Shown: positions 45,880-55,618 of the stretch, piece after piece | Numbering within the stretch: position 1 is the stretch's first letter | Layout: each line of letters begins with the position of its first letter | NCBI GenBank assembly: GCA_001792345.1 | Contig: MGGJ01000004.1 | Span: 9,697 to 73,696, forward strand | Reading direction: 5' to 3' | From: Candidatus Woesebacteria bacterium RIFCSPHIGHO2_01_FULL_39_32 | Lineage (GTDB): Bacteria > Patescibacteriota > Microgenomatia > UBA8517 | Length of the DNA: 64,000 bases | Notes under the pieces: model-generated | What the model was told of the DNA's origin: nothing | The model's input: the letters and a program-made list of their open reading frames with translations, nothing else | Databases searched by the model: none | Position numbers and translations under genes: made by a program

Positions 45880-47991
45880 TTAGACCACAGGAGTATCTTC
45901 ACTTGGAGCACCAAAAACCTCCTGAGGATTACGCACCAGGACTTCTCTAGGTTTTGAGCCTTCGGGAGGAGAAACTACCCCGGCGGACTGCAATTGATCT
46001 AAAATTCGAGCCGCACGTGCATAACCTACAGACAATCTTCTTTGCAGTAATGATGCACTTGCACGGTCGTACTGACAGACAACCTCAACCGCCTCCCGAA
46101 ACAACTGATCAACTTCCACATCGGATCCTGGCATTGTTGCCACACCCGGCCTTGGCATCGAGGTAACCTCTTCAGTGTACTGAGGTGTAACTCCTTGATT
46201 TTTGAGGAAAGTCACTAGAGAACTAATATCTTTATCATTTATGAACGCTCCCTGAATACGCATAGGTTTTGCAGATTCGGGTGGTAAGTATAACATGTCC
46301 CCTCGACCAAGAAGTTTTTCGGCTCCAGGCCCGTCAAGAATAACCCTTGAGTCAACTTGCGATGCAACTGCAAATGCGATTCGACAGGGAATATTTGCTT
46401 TAATAAGACCCGTTATAACATCTACTGATGGTCTTTGTGTGGCCAAAACCATATGTATTCCTGTTGCACGGCTCATTTGAGCAATACGGGTAATTGTGTC
46501 CTCAACCTCAACCGGAGAAAAAAGCATAATGTCCGCTAACTCGTCAACCATTAGCACTATAAAAGGAAGTGCTTGAAAACCTGACATTTCGTTGTAGCCA
46601 TCTATGTTTCTGACACCTGCTTGGGCAAACAGTTTGTATCGTCTATCCATCTCTTCCATTAGCCAGCGGAGTGCCGAAATTACTTTATCAGGCTCAACTA
46701 TAACAGGTGTCAGAAGATGGGGAATATTATTGTATCCCGTTAACTCGACACGCTTTGGATCGACTAGGATAAATTTGACTTCGGAAGGCGAGGAACGAAG
46801 AAGAATTGTGCAAAGAAATGAATTAATAGCAACAGATTTTCCTGAACCTGTTTGGCCTGCAATAAGAACGTGTGGCATTCGGGCAAGATCTGCGATAATA
46901 GGCTTACCGGAAACATCAAGTCCAAGAGCTACAGCAAGTTTACTCTGATGTTTTTTCATAATGTCCGACTCCATCATCTTCTTCATTGAAACAAACTCTG
47001 GCGCACGATTGGGAAGTTCTATTCCAAGAAGTGACCTGCCGGGAATTGGCGCCTCGATACGAATAGTTCCTGTTGGAGCGGCTAGGGCAAGAGCCATATC
47101 ACGCTCTAATGCTGTAATTTTGGAAAGCTTTGTTCCGAGGGCAACTTCCAATGCGTATTGAGTAACAGCAGGGCCCAAATTTACTTCAACAACTCGAGCA
47201 GTAATCCCAAATGATTCAAGCGTCTGCTCAATAACTGCGGCGTTACCCTTTATATCTCCTCTTTCGGCTTTCCCGGAAACAGCATCAATCAAAATATCTA
47301 AAGGGGGATATTTCCAAATTTTTTCTTCTCCCGGAACGTTACTTACCAATTTCTGTGTGAGGGCCATCTGTAATTCAGCGGGTTTTGGGGAAGCAACCCC
47401 AGGCCGCGGAGAGTTTCCAGAAGTTGCGGTGTCTCCGATAACTCGCAGGGGTTTTTTTCCTATCGATGCAAATTTTCCCTTCAATCCTGCACCGCCGCTT
47501 CTGACTCCATATTGTTTATAAGTTCCCAGAACAAAGTTAAGCACCTGATCAAGGGATGTATTAAAAAGAATGACAAGCCCTACAATGCTTGAGCCAAGAA
47601 GTACTATAAACGCTCCAATTCCTGTTATAAGAGCGGATATGCCAAGCCAAGCTTCCTGGCCAATCACGCCGGCTCGGGTTAAAGTCAATATAGAAACAAA
47701 AAATATTAAGGTTCCGATTATTACATTAGGGGAACCCAGTGGGGTTCTAAATTTGGAAACCGAAAATCCGAAAGTGAGAAAAATAAAAGATAAAAAAACT
47801 GCTGTCCAGGAAAAATAGGTCGTCAAAAGATCATTCAAACGAACCAAGATGAGTCCTTGTCTTAAAAAAGAAACGATAACTAACAAAGCCAAAGTAAAAA
47901 AGGTTATTTGAACAATCGAAAATACTGTCGCGGGTTTGAGCTTAACTTTATAAGCTTTCTTCGATTTCATCCGTTTTCTCTTTTTAGCCAT
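45880..47991 (-). CDS. ftsK: DNA translocase FtsK/SpoIIIE.
   Basis: N-terminal TM segments, motor domain PHVLIAGQTGSGKSVAINSFL...LMVDELADIM, and gamma domain ASASLLQRRLSVGYARAARILDQLQSAGVV. Confidence 0.9.
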   Translation of the reverse strand: MAKKRKRMKSKKAYKVKLKPATVFSIVQITFFTLALLVIVSFLRQGLILVRLNDLLTTYFSWTAVFLSFIFLTFGFSVSKFRTPLGSPNVIIGTLIFFVSILTLTRAGVIGQEAWLGISALITGIGAFIVLLGSSIVGLVILFNTSLDQVLNFVLGTYKQYGVRSGGAGLKGKFASIGKKPLRVIGDTATSGNSPRPGVASPKPAELQMALTQKLVSNVPGEEKIWKYPPLDILIDAVSGKAERGDIKGNAAVIEQTLESFGITARVVEVNLGPAVTQYALEVALGTKLSKITALERDMALALAAPTGTIRIEAPIPGRSLLGIELPNRAPEFVSMKKMMESDIMKKHQSKLAVALGLDVSGKPIIADLARMPHVLIAGQTGSGKSVAINSFLCTILLRSSPSEVKFILVDPKRVELTGYNNIPHLLTPVIVEPDKVISALRWLMEEMDRRYKLFAQAGVRNIDGYNEMSGFQALPFIVLMVDELADIMLFSPVEVEDTITRIAQMSRATGIHMVLATQRPSVDVITGLIKANIPCRIAFAVASQVDSRVILDGPGAEKLLGRGDMLYLPPESAKPMRIQGAFINDKDISSLVTFLKNQGVTPQYTEEVTSMPRPGVATMPGSDVEVDQLFREAVEVVCQYDRASASLLQRRLSVGYARAARILDQLQSAGVVSPPEGSKPREVLVRNPQEVFGAPSEDTPVV

Positions 47992-48081
47992 ATCAAATCA
48001 TTATATCAGTTTTGAACTTATCTTAGGAAGATATGATAAGAGCTAATTAAAATGTGAGTTTTTCTTTTAGATTTGTCTCAA

Positions 48082-51000
48082 CTATTTTGTGCTTTCTTCA
48101 GAGGGAAATGCTTTTCTTAAAATCTCTCTTCCTACAAATAAATATTTTCTTAGTAATGTATCGCTTTTTGCGTCGTATTCTTCAGCCTGTCCATGATATT
48201 TTTCTGAATCAATTCGATTTAACATGTATCTTTGATTTAACTCCTCTTGTTGCTCTCGAAGTAAATCAATTTGCTCTCCTAAATTTCTATAATCTTTTTC
48301 TAAAGTATCCAATGTTTCGGGTTCTGTTAAAGCTGCAAGCACTTCAGTAAGCTTGTCGACAGCATCATTCAAATTATTATTACCTACCTCATTATCGTTA
48401 ATCTTTATCGATGTTTCATATTCTCTAAGTGCCGAATCTAACTCGTTTAAAGCATCGCTATTTAGCGAATCTATTTTTTCTCTATCGATACCGTCCCAAA
48501 AATTCTCCGGGTTGATAGATTTCGGATCCATTATTTTTTCATCAGACACCAATTCTTTAAGTCCTTCCCTCGGTGGTTGTGCTTTCCCCTCTTCTTCCTC
48601 GGGTTGCTCAGTTCTTTTTAAGGTTTCTTGAAGTTCTCTTATTCTCTTTTCTTTATCTAGAAGCATAACTTCGTAGGTAGTTACTACGGGGAGCTTTGCT
48701 CCAACACTATCTACTTTACCTAATAATTCCGATTGTCCTGCTAATTTATCCCGTATCTTTTCATATTCTTCATCACCAGAAAAATTTGCGTCTGAATCAT
48801 ATCTTTCACTTAATCTTCTATTTCTCTCTTGGAGTAATTCCACGTAGTGATCAAGGCTTTGATCAAACTCAACTGCTCGATTGGCGTCATCCTTGTCCGC
48901 CTCGTAGTCTTGCCTTTTAGCTTTGACCTCCTGTAATCCTTGTCTGGTCGTTTCTACTAACTCATCATCTGTTAATTCTGAAAGAAGTTTTTCTTTAGAT
49001 TCATCTTCGGCTTCTGCTCCAGTTTCAACTTCCGAAGCTAGTTTTTCTTCCTTAATTGATAGTTCTGTAACTCTCCTTCCAAACCTAGTTCTTTGCTTAT
49101 CCAATTCTTCCTCGATTCTTTTTCTTACTGCTTCTTCTGTATAGTATTTAGTATCGTAAATTTTAGGCTTCCTTCCCTCAATTGGACTTCCTGTTTCATC
49201 TGTCTCTTGACTCTTGAGCCTTCCGTCTTCAACAGAATATTTAAAATATCTTACTTTTCCCTTGTTTTCTCCTCCTGTGACTTCCGATGAAACAAACAAG
49301 TAGTCCCCATCACGTACTTCGGGTAATTTTTCTGCAGCTTCTTCAGGAGCTCCTACTGGAGTTTCAAATTGTGGTTCAACTAAGAATATTTTTCCTTCTT
49401 CATCTTTTGCAAAATAAAGTCCTCTTTCTAATGTATTACTCTCCTGAAATGGATTAACTAACTCATCCACATATTCACTAACTTCTACTTCAGGAGGAAC
49501 TTTATAAGGTTTAGCCTCTTCCTCCCCAACCTTATTTCCTCCTTCATCGACAAATTCTGAATAAACATTATTTTCATCATCCCACCACACCAAAAGTGTG
49601 TTTTTATTCCCTTTATCGTCGCTGAGTCTAACAGCTTCATAATCTTTCATTCCCTTACGCAGATCTAAAAACTTCTCTGGTTTCTCTCCTGTTTCTTCAG
49701 GAGCTCCTTCAGGAACTTCAACTTCAAGGGGTTTTACTTCTGTCCAAAATTCTTCCTTTTTTCCTTCAACCAACTGAAGCTTTCCCTTGTCGTTTATAAA
49801 AAAATATAAACCTCTTTTAAATTCTGTTATCTCTCCTGGGATCTCCTCAGTAGCTTCGTCCATTAATCTTTTTGCTGCTTCTAAGTTATCAGTTTGTTCC
49901 TCAGATGATACCTCTTCTACACTCCCATCAGCATTCAAACGCTCAAATTTAACAAAATTTCCGTCCCACCATGCCATTCCTATTTTTTCGCTACCATCCT
50001 TATCTTTGAAAGTTACTAATTCATAATCTTGCAAGCCAGGATGTTCTTGGAGAAATCTTTCTCTTGTCAATTCCAATGCATCCTGAGGACGTTCAAAATG
50101 AAGTGGCGGAGTTATAACCTCTTCGGCTTTGGGAGTAGCTCTTACAAAATCGATTCTTAATTTTCCGTTCTCGGTAATAATGAATTTTGCATCTGTTGCC
50201 TTTCCGCCTAATTTTTCTGTTAAATAGGCTTTATATCTACGATTCAAACCTTCTCCTCCAAGATATGCATTCAAAAAATTAGCTACATTTATATTTCCAA
50301 TCTTATCTTGCGAAGTAAAACCGGAAGCAATAATCCCTTCTCCTGAATTAGTAAGCTGTACCTGACCTCCCACTCCCATTTCCGGAGCTAAATTTAACCC
50401 CAAAATCTTACGTTCTCTACTTGCCGTAGCGTTAAAATTAAGGTTTACTTCTCCTGGATTACTAGTCGGTGTTGCTTCTACCCTGAAAATTTTCATTCTT
50501 ACACCATCCGGACTAGCAAGCGGTTCTGTGAGTGAACGTTGAGTTAACTCCTTGACCCATCTTTCATCCAGTTCAACGTATGCGTTATTTCCTGCTTCAA
50601 GCTGTTCTCCTAAACTTTCAAAAAGTTTGTCAACGTTCTCGATGGCCATTCCTACAGGAAGTTCTACTTTAACCAAAGGCCTTTCTACTACTGGCGCCTC
50701 CGGAATTTTCTCAGGAGTCGCAGGTTCCCCAACTTCCTTTATCTTCCATTTATCGGGTTCAGCGTAAGTTACCTTAACTTCCTTTAGTAAATCTTCTTGT
50801 CTGAGAAGTTCTTTATAAAGTATCTCGCGACGATCGTGAAGCCTTTTCAACTCCCTACCTAATTCTTTCCTTCTTTTATCTAAACTGGCTGTGGTCAACT
50901 CCGCTCCGAGATGAACGCTGTGTCTTTGAATTACTATAAACTCATTAAGTTTACCTTTAAGGCCATCAGGTATTCCTTCAACTGTTACTCCATTTGGAGG

Positions 51001-51486
51001 ATTCAGTAGAAAATTTACAGCTCTGAGATTTAGTAACTCTTGAGAAGTACGTGCCTCAAGGTCTTTTCTCGTTTCTGGTGTGACCTCCGTTGTAGAGTCA
51101 AGATATGCATCCATAGTCGCTTCTAATTCGTCTCCCCCATGCAAAACTCTAAGCATATTCTTCATATTTCGATCCATTCCGTCTCTATCAAGATTCTCAA
51201 AAATTCTATCAACTCTTTCTTTTGTCTGACGTTCATACAAACTTGGTAGTTTCTCGCCACCCAATTCAACAGTCTTATTACCCGCTCTCGCATACTGGTC
51301 ATACAATTCCTGCTGCGCTCTAAGTCCTTCGCTCATTACCGGGATTTCAAATTGATCCTCTGTGGAAGTATTAGGAGGATTTGCATTTCCGTTTTGTTCT
51401 GGATCTTTGGCCATATTTGTTTGGGCTTGTTCATCACTTTCTGACTCTGACATAATGCCTAAATTATATACATCAAAAAGGGACAA
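48082..51486 (-). CDS. Very large (1134 aa) acidic, coiled-coil-rich hypothetical protein with internally duplicated ~120-aa beta-type repeat units. No TM or signal peptide.
   Basis: Repeat A: ELVTFKDKDGSEKIGMAWWDGNFVKFE / EAVRLSDDKGNKNTLLVWWDDENNVYSEF. Repeat B: RGLYFFINDKGKLQLVEGK / RGLYFAKDEEGKIFLVEPQ. A and B alternate. The flanks are Glu/Lys/Arg-rich heptad-like. Confidence 0.7.
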   Translation of the reverse strand: MSLFDVYNLGIMSESESDEQAQTNMAKDPEQNGNANPPNTSTEDQFEIPVMSEGLRAQQELYDQYARAGNKTVELGGEKLPSLYERQTKERVDRIFENLDRDGMDRNMKNMLRVLHGGDELEATMDAYLDSTTEVTPETRKDLEARTSQELLNLRAVNFLLNPPNGVTVEGIPDGLKGKLNEFIVIQRHSVHLGAELTTASLDKRRKELGRELKRLHDRREILYKELLRQEDLLKEVKVTYAEPDKWKIKEVGEPATPEKIPEAPVVERPLVKVELPVGMAIENVDKLFESLGEQLEAGNNAYVELDERWVKELTQRSLTEPLASPDGVRMKIFRVEATPTSNPGEVNLNFNATASRERKILGLNLAPEMGVGGQVQLTNSGEGIIASGFTSQDKIGNINVANFLNAYLGGEGLNRRYKAYLTEKLGGKATDAKFIITENGKLRIDFVRATPKAEEVITPPLHFERPQDALELTRERFLQEHPGLQDYELVTFKDKDGSEKIGMAWWDGNFVKFERLNADGSVEEVSSEEQTDNLEAAKRLMDEATEEIPGEITEFKRGLYFFINDKGKLQLVEGKKEEFWTEVKPLEVEVPEGAPEETGEKPEKFLDLRKGMKDYEAVRLSDDKGNKNTLLVWWDDENNVYSEFVDEGGNKVGEEEAKPYKVPPEVEVSEYVDELVNPFQESNTLERGLYFAKDEEGKIFLVEPQFETPVGAPEEAAEKLPEVRDGDYLFVSSEVTGGENKGKVRYFKYSVEDGRLKSQETDETGSPIEGRKPKIYDTKYYTEEAVRKRIEEELDKQRTRFGRRVTELSIKEEKLASEVETGAEAEDESKEKLLSELTDDELVETTRQGLQEVKAKRQDYEADKDDANRAVEFDQSLDHYVELLQERNRRLSERYDSDANFSGDEEYEKIRDKLAGQSELLGKVDSVGAKLPVVTTYEVMLLDKEKRIRELQETLKRTEQPEEEEGKAQPPREGLKELVSDEKIMDPKSINPENFWDGIDREKIDSLNSDALNELDSALREYETSIKINDNEVGNNNLNDAVDKLTEVLAALTEPETLDTLEKDYRNLGEQIDLLREQQEELNQRYMLNRIDSEKYHGQAEEYDAKSDTLLRKYLFVGREILRKAFPSEESTK

Positions 51487-51497
51487 AGCTATTTATA

Positions 51498-53141
51498 TTA
51501 TACCTCAACAACAACCGGAAGTATCATTGGCCTGCGACCGGTTTTTTGGAAGAAGAATTTTCCCAAATAATCCAAAGTTACTCCATGAATAATCGATTTT
51601 TTGATATTCACCTTTTTTTCAACTTGACGCTTTAGCCTTTTACTGGCTTCATCTAAAAGATCTTTACTTATTTTTTCAAATATAAAACCCCTACTTATTA
51701 TTTCAGGAAAATCTATGATCTTGCCTCCACGATCAAGTTTGAAAATAACCACAACAACCCCCTCGTTTCCTAAAATTGCTCTATCTCCAAGCACAACTTT
51801 TCCTACATCCCCGACACCAAGCCCATGTACTAATACTGCTTTTACTTGAATTTTTTCACCAATCTTCGCCTGACCATTTTCAAAAATAACATTTTCGCCT
51901 GGTTTTAAAGTAAAAACATTGGATGGATTTACTCCATTTTCAGTTGCTAATTTTTTATACGAATGCATATAACGAATTGCGCCTCCAATGGGGATAAAAT
52001 ACCGGGGGTTAACAAGGTTAAATAGATCTTTGATATCACTTTGACTCCCGTGTCCAGAAACATATAAATTTTCTTTCAAATCGTAATAATGAACGTCAAC
52101 TCCTTTATCAATTAATTGGTCTATCACAAAATCCTCAGATTCTTTTGTATAGGGCGGTGCCGGATCTGCAGAAAATACAAAGGTGTCTCCCCTTTCAGCA
52201 CTTACTCTCTCATGCTCATCGATTGCGATTCTATATAATGAGCTTCCTACCTGACCATAACAGCCGGAAACTATATACATAAGCTTATCTTTATTAACTC
52301 TTTCAGCGTCCTTCATAGAAATTACGGTATTGGTTTTGTATTTTAAAATCCCAAGGTTGTAAGCAATTTCCGTCTTTTTTTGGATAGAGCGACCGATAAA
52401 GATCACTTTCCTACCTACTTTTTCGGCAACATTAATCATTTGCTGAAAGCGTCCTATGTTTGATGAAATTGCAGTCATAAAAACAGTACTTTTTGCTTTT
52501 TCGACAATGTTAAACATATTCCCTTCAATATGCCTCTCGCCTTCCGTATAACCCGTTTTATTTGCTCCCAAACAGTCTGAAGCTAAAAATAAAACGTTTT
52601 GATTAGCTAGCTTTTTTGCTCTTTCGACGTCAAATTTCATTCCGTCAACTGGGTTTTGGTCCATCTTGTGTTCAGGAACGTGGAATATCCTGCCTTCAGG
52701 GGTATCAATTGCAAATCCTACTGTGTCAGGGACCGAGTGAGTTACTCTAAAAGGAAAAACTTTAAAAGGACCTACCTCAAAATCATCATATTCGGGATTA
52801 AAGGTATTTATCACAAAGTTATCTACACCGTAGTCTTTAAACTTATCCTTGAGAAAATCTGTTACTAAAGGAGTTGACCAAATTGGTACATTTACTTCTT
52901 TTAACAAATAGGGGAGTGCCCCAATATGGTCTTCGTGTCCTTGAGATAAAACAATACCAATTAATTTCTCCTTGTTTTTAACGACATAAGAAAAATCGGG
53001 AATAACCAAATCCACCCCAGGCATCTCAAGATCGGGAAATCCCACCCCGCAATCAACAATCATCATTTTGCCATCAGTTTCATAAACGTAAAGATTTTCC
53101 GTTACGCTTACTGTTCCTGATAATGCGATAAACTTAAGCAT
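51498..53141 (-). CDS. rnj: Ribonuclease J (beta-CASP metallo-beta-lactamase family).
   Basis: LSQGHEDHIGALPYL (HxHxDH), ...VSGHGSQSD..., and a C-terminal domain. Confidence 0.9.
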   Translation of the reverse strand: MLKFIALSGTVSVTENLYVYETDGKMMIVDCGVGFPDLEMPGVDLVIPDFSYVVKNKEKLIGIVLSQGHEDHIGALPYLLKEVNVPIWSTPLVTDFLKDKFKDYGVDNFVINTFNPEYDDFEVGPFKVFPFRVTHSVPDTVGFAIDTPEGRIFHVPEHKMDQNPVDGMKFDVERAKKLANQNVLFLASDCLGANKTGYTEGERHIEGNMFNIVEKAKSTVFMTAISSNIGRFQQMINVAEKVGRKVIFIGRSIQKKTEIAYNLGILKYKTNTVISMKDAERVNKDKLMYIVSGCYGQVGSSLYRIAIDEHERVSAERGDTFVFSADPAPPYTKESEDFVIDQLIDKGVDVHYYDLKENLYVSGHGSQSDIKDLFNLVNPRYFIPIGGAIRYMHSYKKLATENGVNPSNVFTLKPGENVIFENGQAKIGEKIQVKAVLVHGLGVGDVGKVVLGDRAILGNEGVVVVIFKLDRGGKIIDFPEIISRGFIFEKISKDLLDEASKRLKRQVEKKVNIKKSIIHGVTLDYLGKFFFQKTGRRPMILPVVVEV

Positions 53142-53143
53142 AA

Positions 53144-53764
53144 TTAAACTAAAGTCATCTGTTTTACTTCTTCTTTCTTATTATTATCTTTATTCCTAGT
53201 TTCTTCCAAGATTCCGGGCAACTTTTTAAAATCATCTAAGGTTTGTTGTTTTACATCTACACTTCTTAAACCTGCAGCCGGATGATACATTGGAACAGCT
53301 ACCAAATTTTTACCTTTCCAGTTTACATCAAACTTCTTGCCATGAACCGACGTAATTTTAGCATTCGGCAAAAATTTTCCCATAGAAAACCGTCCCAACG
53401 TGACAATAATTTTTGGATCGATAATATCAATCATTTCATTTAGATAAGGCTGATATGCCGCAATTTCCGAAGGCTCGGGATCACGATTTTGGGGTGGCCG
53501 ATGATGAACAACGTTTGTAATAAAAACTTTTTCTCGGGTTAAACCAGCAGTAATAAGTAATTGATTCAAAAACGCACCTGCATTTCCGACAAAGGGCGAG
53601 CCTTTTTGATCTTCCCAGTATCCTGGCCCTTCGCCGATGAACATAATTTCAGTTTCCGGGTCTCCTTCCCCAAACACAAGCTGTGTGGCTCCTTTTCTCA
53701 AAGGTAAGGCCATATCCCTTTGCATTGAGTCCTTAAGTTTTTGTAATTTTTCTTTTTTTGTCAT
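53144..53764 (-). CDS. Uracil-DNA glycosylase, family 4.
   Basis: IMFIGEGPGYWEDQKGSPFVGNAGAFLNQLL (GE[AG]PG..ED..G.PFVG.AG) and HPAAGLR. Confidence 0.85.
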   Translation of the reverse strand: MTKKEKLQKLKDSMQRDMALPLRKGATQLVFGEGDPETEIMFIGEGPGYWEDQKGSPFVGNAGAFLNQLLITAGLTREKVFITNVVHHRPPQNRDPEPSEIAAYQPYLNEMIDIIDPKIIVTLGRFSMGKFLPNAKITSVHGKKFDVNWKGKNLVAVPMYHPAAGLRSVDVKQQTLDDFKKLPGILEETRNKDNNKKEEVKQMTLV

Positions 53765-54378
53765 TCTTCAACATTCAAAACATGCAATCTTGTCGTGGCA
53801 TCCTTTAGGCTCTCAAATAGTATAGTACGAAAACCAAAAGCTTCGGCCGCTACAATGTTTCTTTCTAAATCGTCTACATAAAGAGACTCGCCGGGGTTGA
53901 TGTTAAATCTATTTATCAGTATGGAATATATTTTTGGATCAGGTTTGGCAATGCCCTCCTGAGCAGAACTGACAATTCCTGCAAAATAATCGTCCAATTT
54001 AAACTTTGTGCGCTTAAAAGCTAACCATTCATTTCCTATGTTTGTGAGCAAGTAAAGATTATATTTACCTTTCAGTTTCTTTATCTGGTTCAAAAAGGGC
54101 AAGTCAGTAACATTTTTCCTCCAAATTTCTTTTAAGTTTTTTATTAACTTTTCAGTTGGCTCTTTGCCAACGCCGCCGATAAATAGCCTCATAAATTCCT
54201 CCTCCGAAATTTTACCGATTTTTAAATCCGGCCATGCTTTTTCCCAACCACTCTCTAAATCGTGCTGATTAACTCCGAGTAGTTTCCTTGTAAGTGTTGA
54301 TTTGCTAACCAATCCGGTATCGTCGTCTGTCAGCAAGACTCCACCCAAATCGGAAACTATATTTTGGACATTATTCAT
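53761..54378 (-). CDS. HAD-like hydrolase with a degenerate motif I.
   Basis: IVSDLGGVLL (DxG in place of DxD), LLTNIGNEW, and YVDDLERNIVAAEAFGF. Confidence 0.55.
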   Translation of the reverse strand: MNNVQNIVSDLGGVLLTDDDTGLVSKSTLTRKLLGVNQHDLESGWEKAWPDLKIGKISEEEFMRLFIGGVGKEPTEKLIKNLKEIWRKNVTDLPFLNQIKKLKGKYNLYLLTNIGNEWLAFKRTKFKLDDYFAGIVSSAQEGIAKPDPKIYSILINRFNINPGESLYVDDLERNIVAAEAFGFRTILFESLKDATTRLHVLNVEE

Positions 54379-54386
54379 TAGAAAAT

Positions 54387-55433
54387 TTACTGAAGGAACT
54401 GTTTTACGTTTTCTGGGGTAACAGTAAAAGTTGGTCCCTTTCCTTGTACGATTTCAAGTGCGGCTTTTCGTACTACTTGCTGAATTGTACGCTCAAGAGT
54501 TCTCATACCTGCGTCAAAACCAAGAGGACGAACTATTAATGGCCAAACTTCTTCTTTAATTTCCAGAGATTCTTTAGGAATTCCGGATTGACGAATTATC
54601 CGCGGAAGCATGTAGTTTTTTCCAATAGTTATTTTTTCAATATCGGTATATGCTGGCATTTGAATCGGTTCCAACCTGTCTAAAACAGCTGTTGCTATAT
54701 TATTGGTATTGTTGGCTGTAGCGATAAAAATAATTTCAGAAAGATCGAAAGGAAAATCAAGATAGTGGTCGGTAAAAGCCTTATTTTGTTCGGGGTCTAA
54801 AAGCTCTACTAAAACACCCATGATTGAGCTTCTTCCTTCTTCTGTAACTCTGTCGATTTCATCCAAAAGTACTACACAATTTTTGCTTTTTGTATCTCTT
54901 AGAGCTTTTATTACCTTACCAGGCTCCGCTTCTGGATGCATTCTTGACTGACCCCTCAGATCCAGTGGATCCCCCATTCCTCCAAAAGGAATGCGGGCAA
55001 AGTTTCTTCCCATCGCCTCTGAGATTGAAGAAGCGATTGTTGTTTTTCCGGTACCGACCAAGCCGACGAAACAAAGTATCGGTGCGCGTAAAACGTCCTC
55101 TCCCTCTCCTTTTTCTTGTTTAAGGCGCATAACCGATATATATTCCAAAATCCTTGACTTAATTTCCTCCAGACCAAAATGATTTTTATCCAAAACTTGC
55201 TTTGCATGGATTAGATCAAGAACATCTTTTGTTCTTTTATTCCAAGGTAGCTCCAATATCCAACCAATATATTTATTAAGTCTGTCAAACTCGGGTAGAA
55301 ATGTGGGGGAGTCAATTAGCCCTAAGACTTGCTCTAATCTCAAAAGAATTCTTGCCTTCAGTTCTTCAGGTATGTCTGCCTTTTCAACTTCTTCGGAGTG
55401 TTTTTGTAGTTGTTCTTGTATGCTATCTGCCAT
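54387..55433 (-). CDS. Lon-like AAA+ ATPase module (Lon alpha-domain) with no LAN N-domain and no C-terminal protease domain.
   Basis: ILELPWNKRTKDVLDLIHAKQVLDKNHFGLEEIKSRILEYISV...PILCFVGLVGTGKTT (Walker A) ...VVLLDEIDRV (Walker B) ...MRTLERTIQQVVRKAA. This aligns with Lon residues ~300-590. The ORF stops where Lon's protease domain would begin. Confidence 0.7.
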   Translation of the reverse strand: MADSIQEQLQKHSEEVEKADIPEELKARILLRLEQVLGLIDSPTFLPEFDRLNKYIGWILELPWNKRTKDVLDLIHAKQVLDKNHFGLEEIKSRILEYISVMRLKQEKGEGEDVLRAPILCFVGLVGTGKTTIASSISEAMGRNFARIPFGGMGDPLDLRGQSRMHPEAEPGKVIKALRDTKSKNCVVLLDEIDRVTEEGRSSIMGVLVELLDPEQNKAFTDHYLDFPFDLSEIIFIATANNTNNIATAVLDRLEPIQMPAYTDIEKITIGKNYMLPRIIRQSGIPKESLEIKEEVWPLIVRPLGFDAGMRTLERTIQQVVRKAALEIVQGKGPTFTVTPENVKQFLQ

Positions 55434-55512
55434 GTTTCTTTCTTATTATACCTAGGTTAGGTAGCCAAACTCCAGCACAAAAATGAAGATTTTTTGAAGG
55501 ACTTCCCTTTTA

Positions 55513-55610
55513 CAACTGGTTTCAAAACCTTTCTATCAATATCAAATATCAACCAGTTGAGAAGCCTTCGCTTTCGGCGAACTCAAAACCGAGATTTCTT
55601 GAGGTTTTGA
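55513..55610 (-). promoter_or_regulatory. Structured ~100-nt element between the pnp stop and the Lon-like start, with nested inverted repeats that allow alternative pairings.
   Basis: caactggtt...aaccagttg forms a 9-bp stem around a 29-nt loop. tcaaaacc-gagatttcttga-ggttttga forms an 8-bp stem. An extra copy of tcaaaacc in the first loop can pair with ggttttga instead. Confidence 0.3.
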
Positions 55611-55618
55611 AATGGCTT

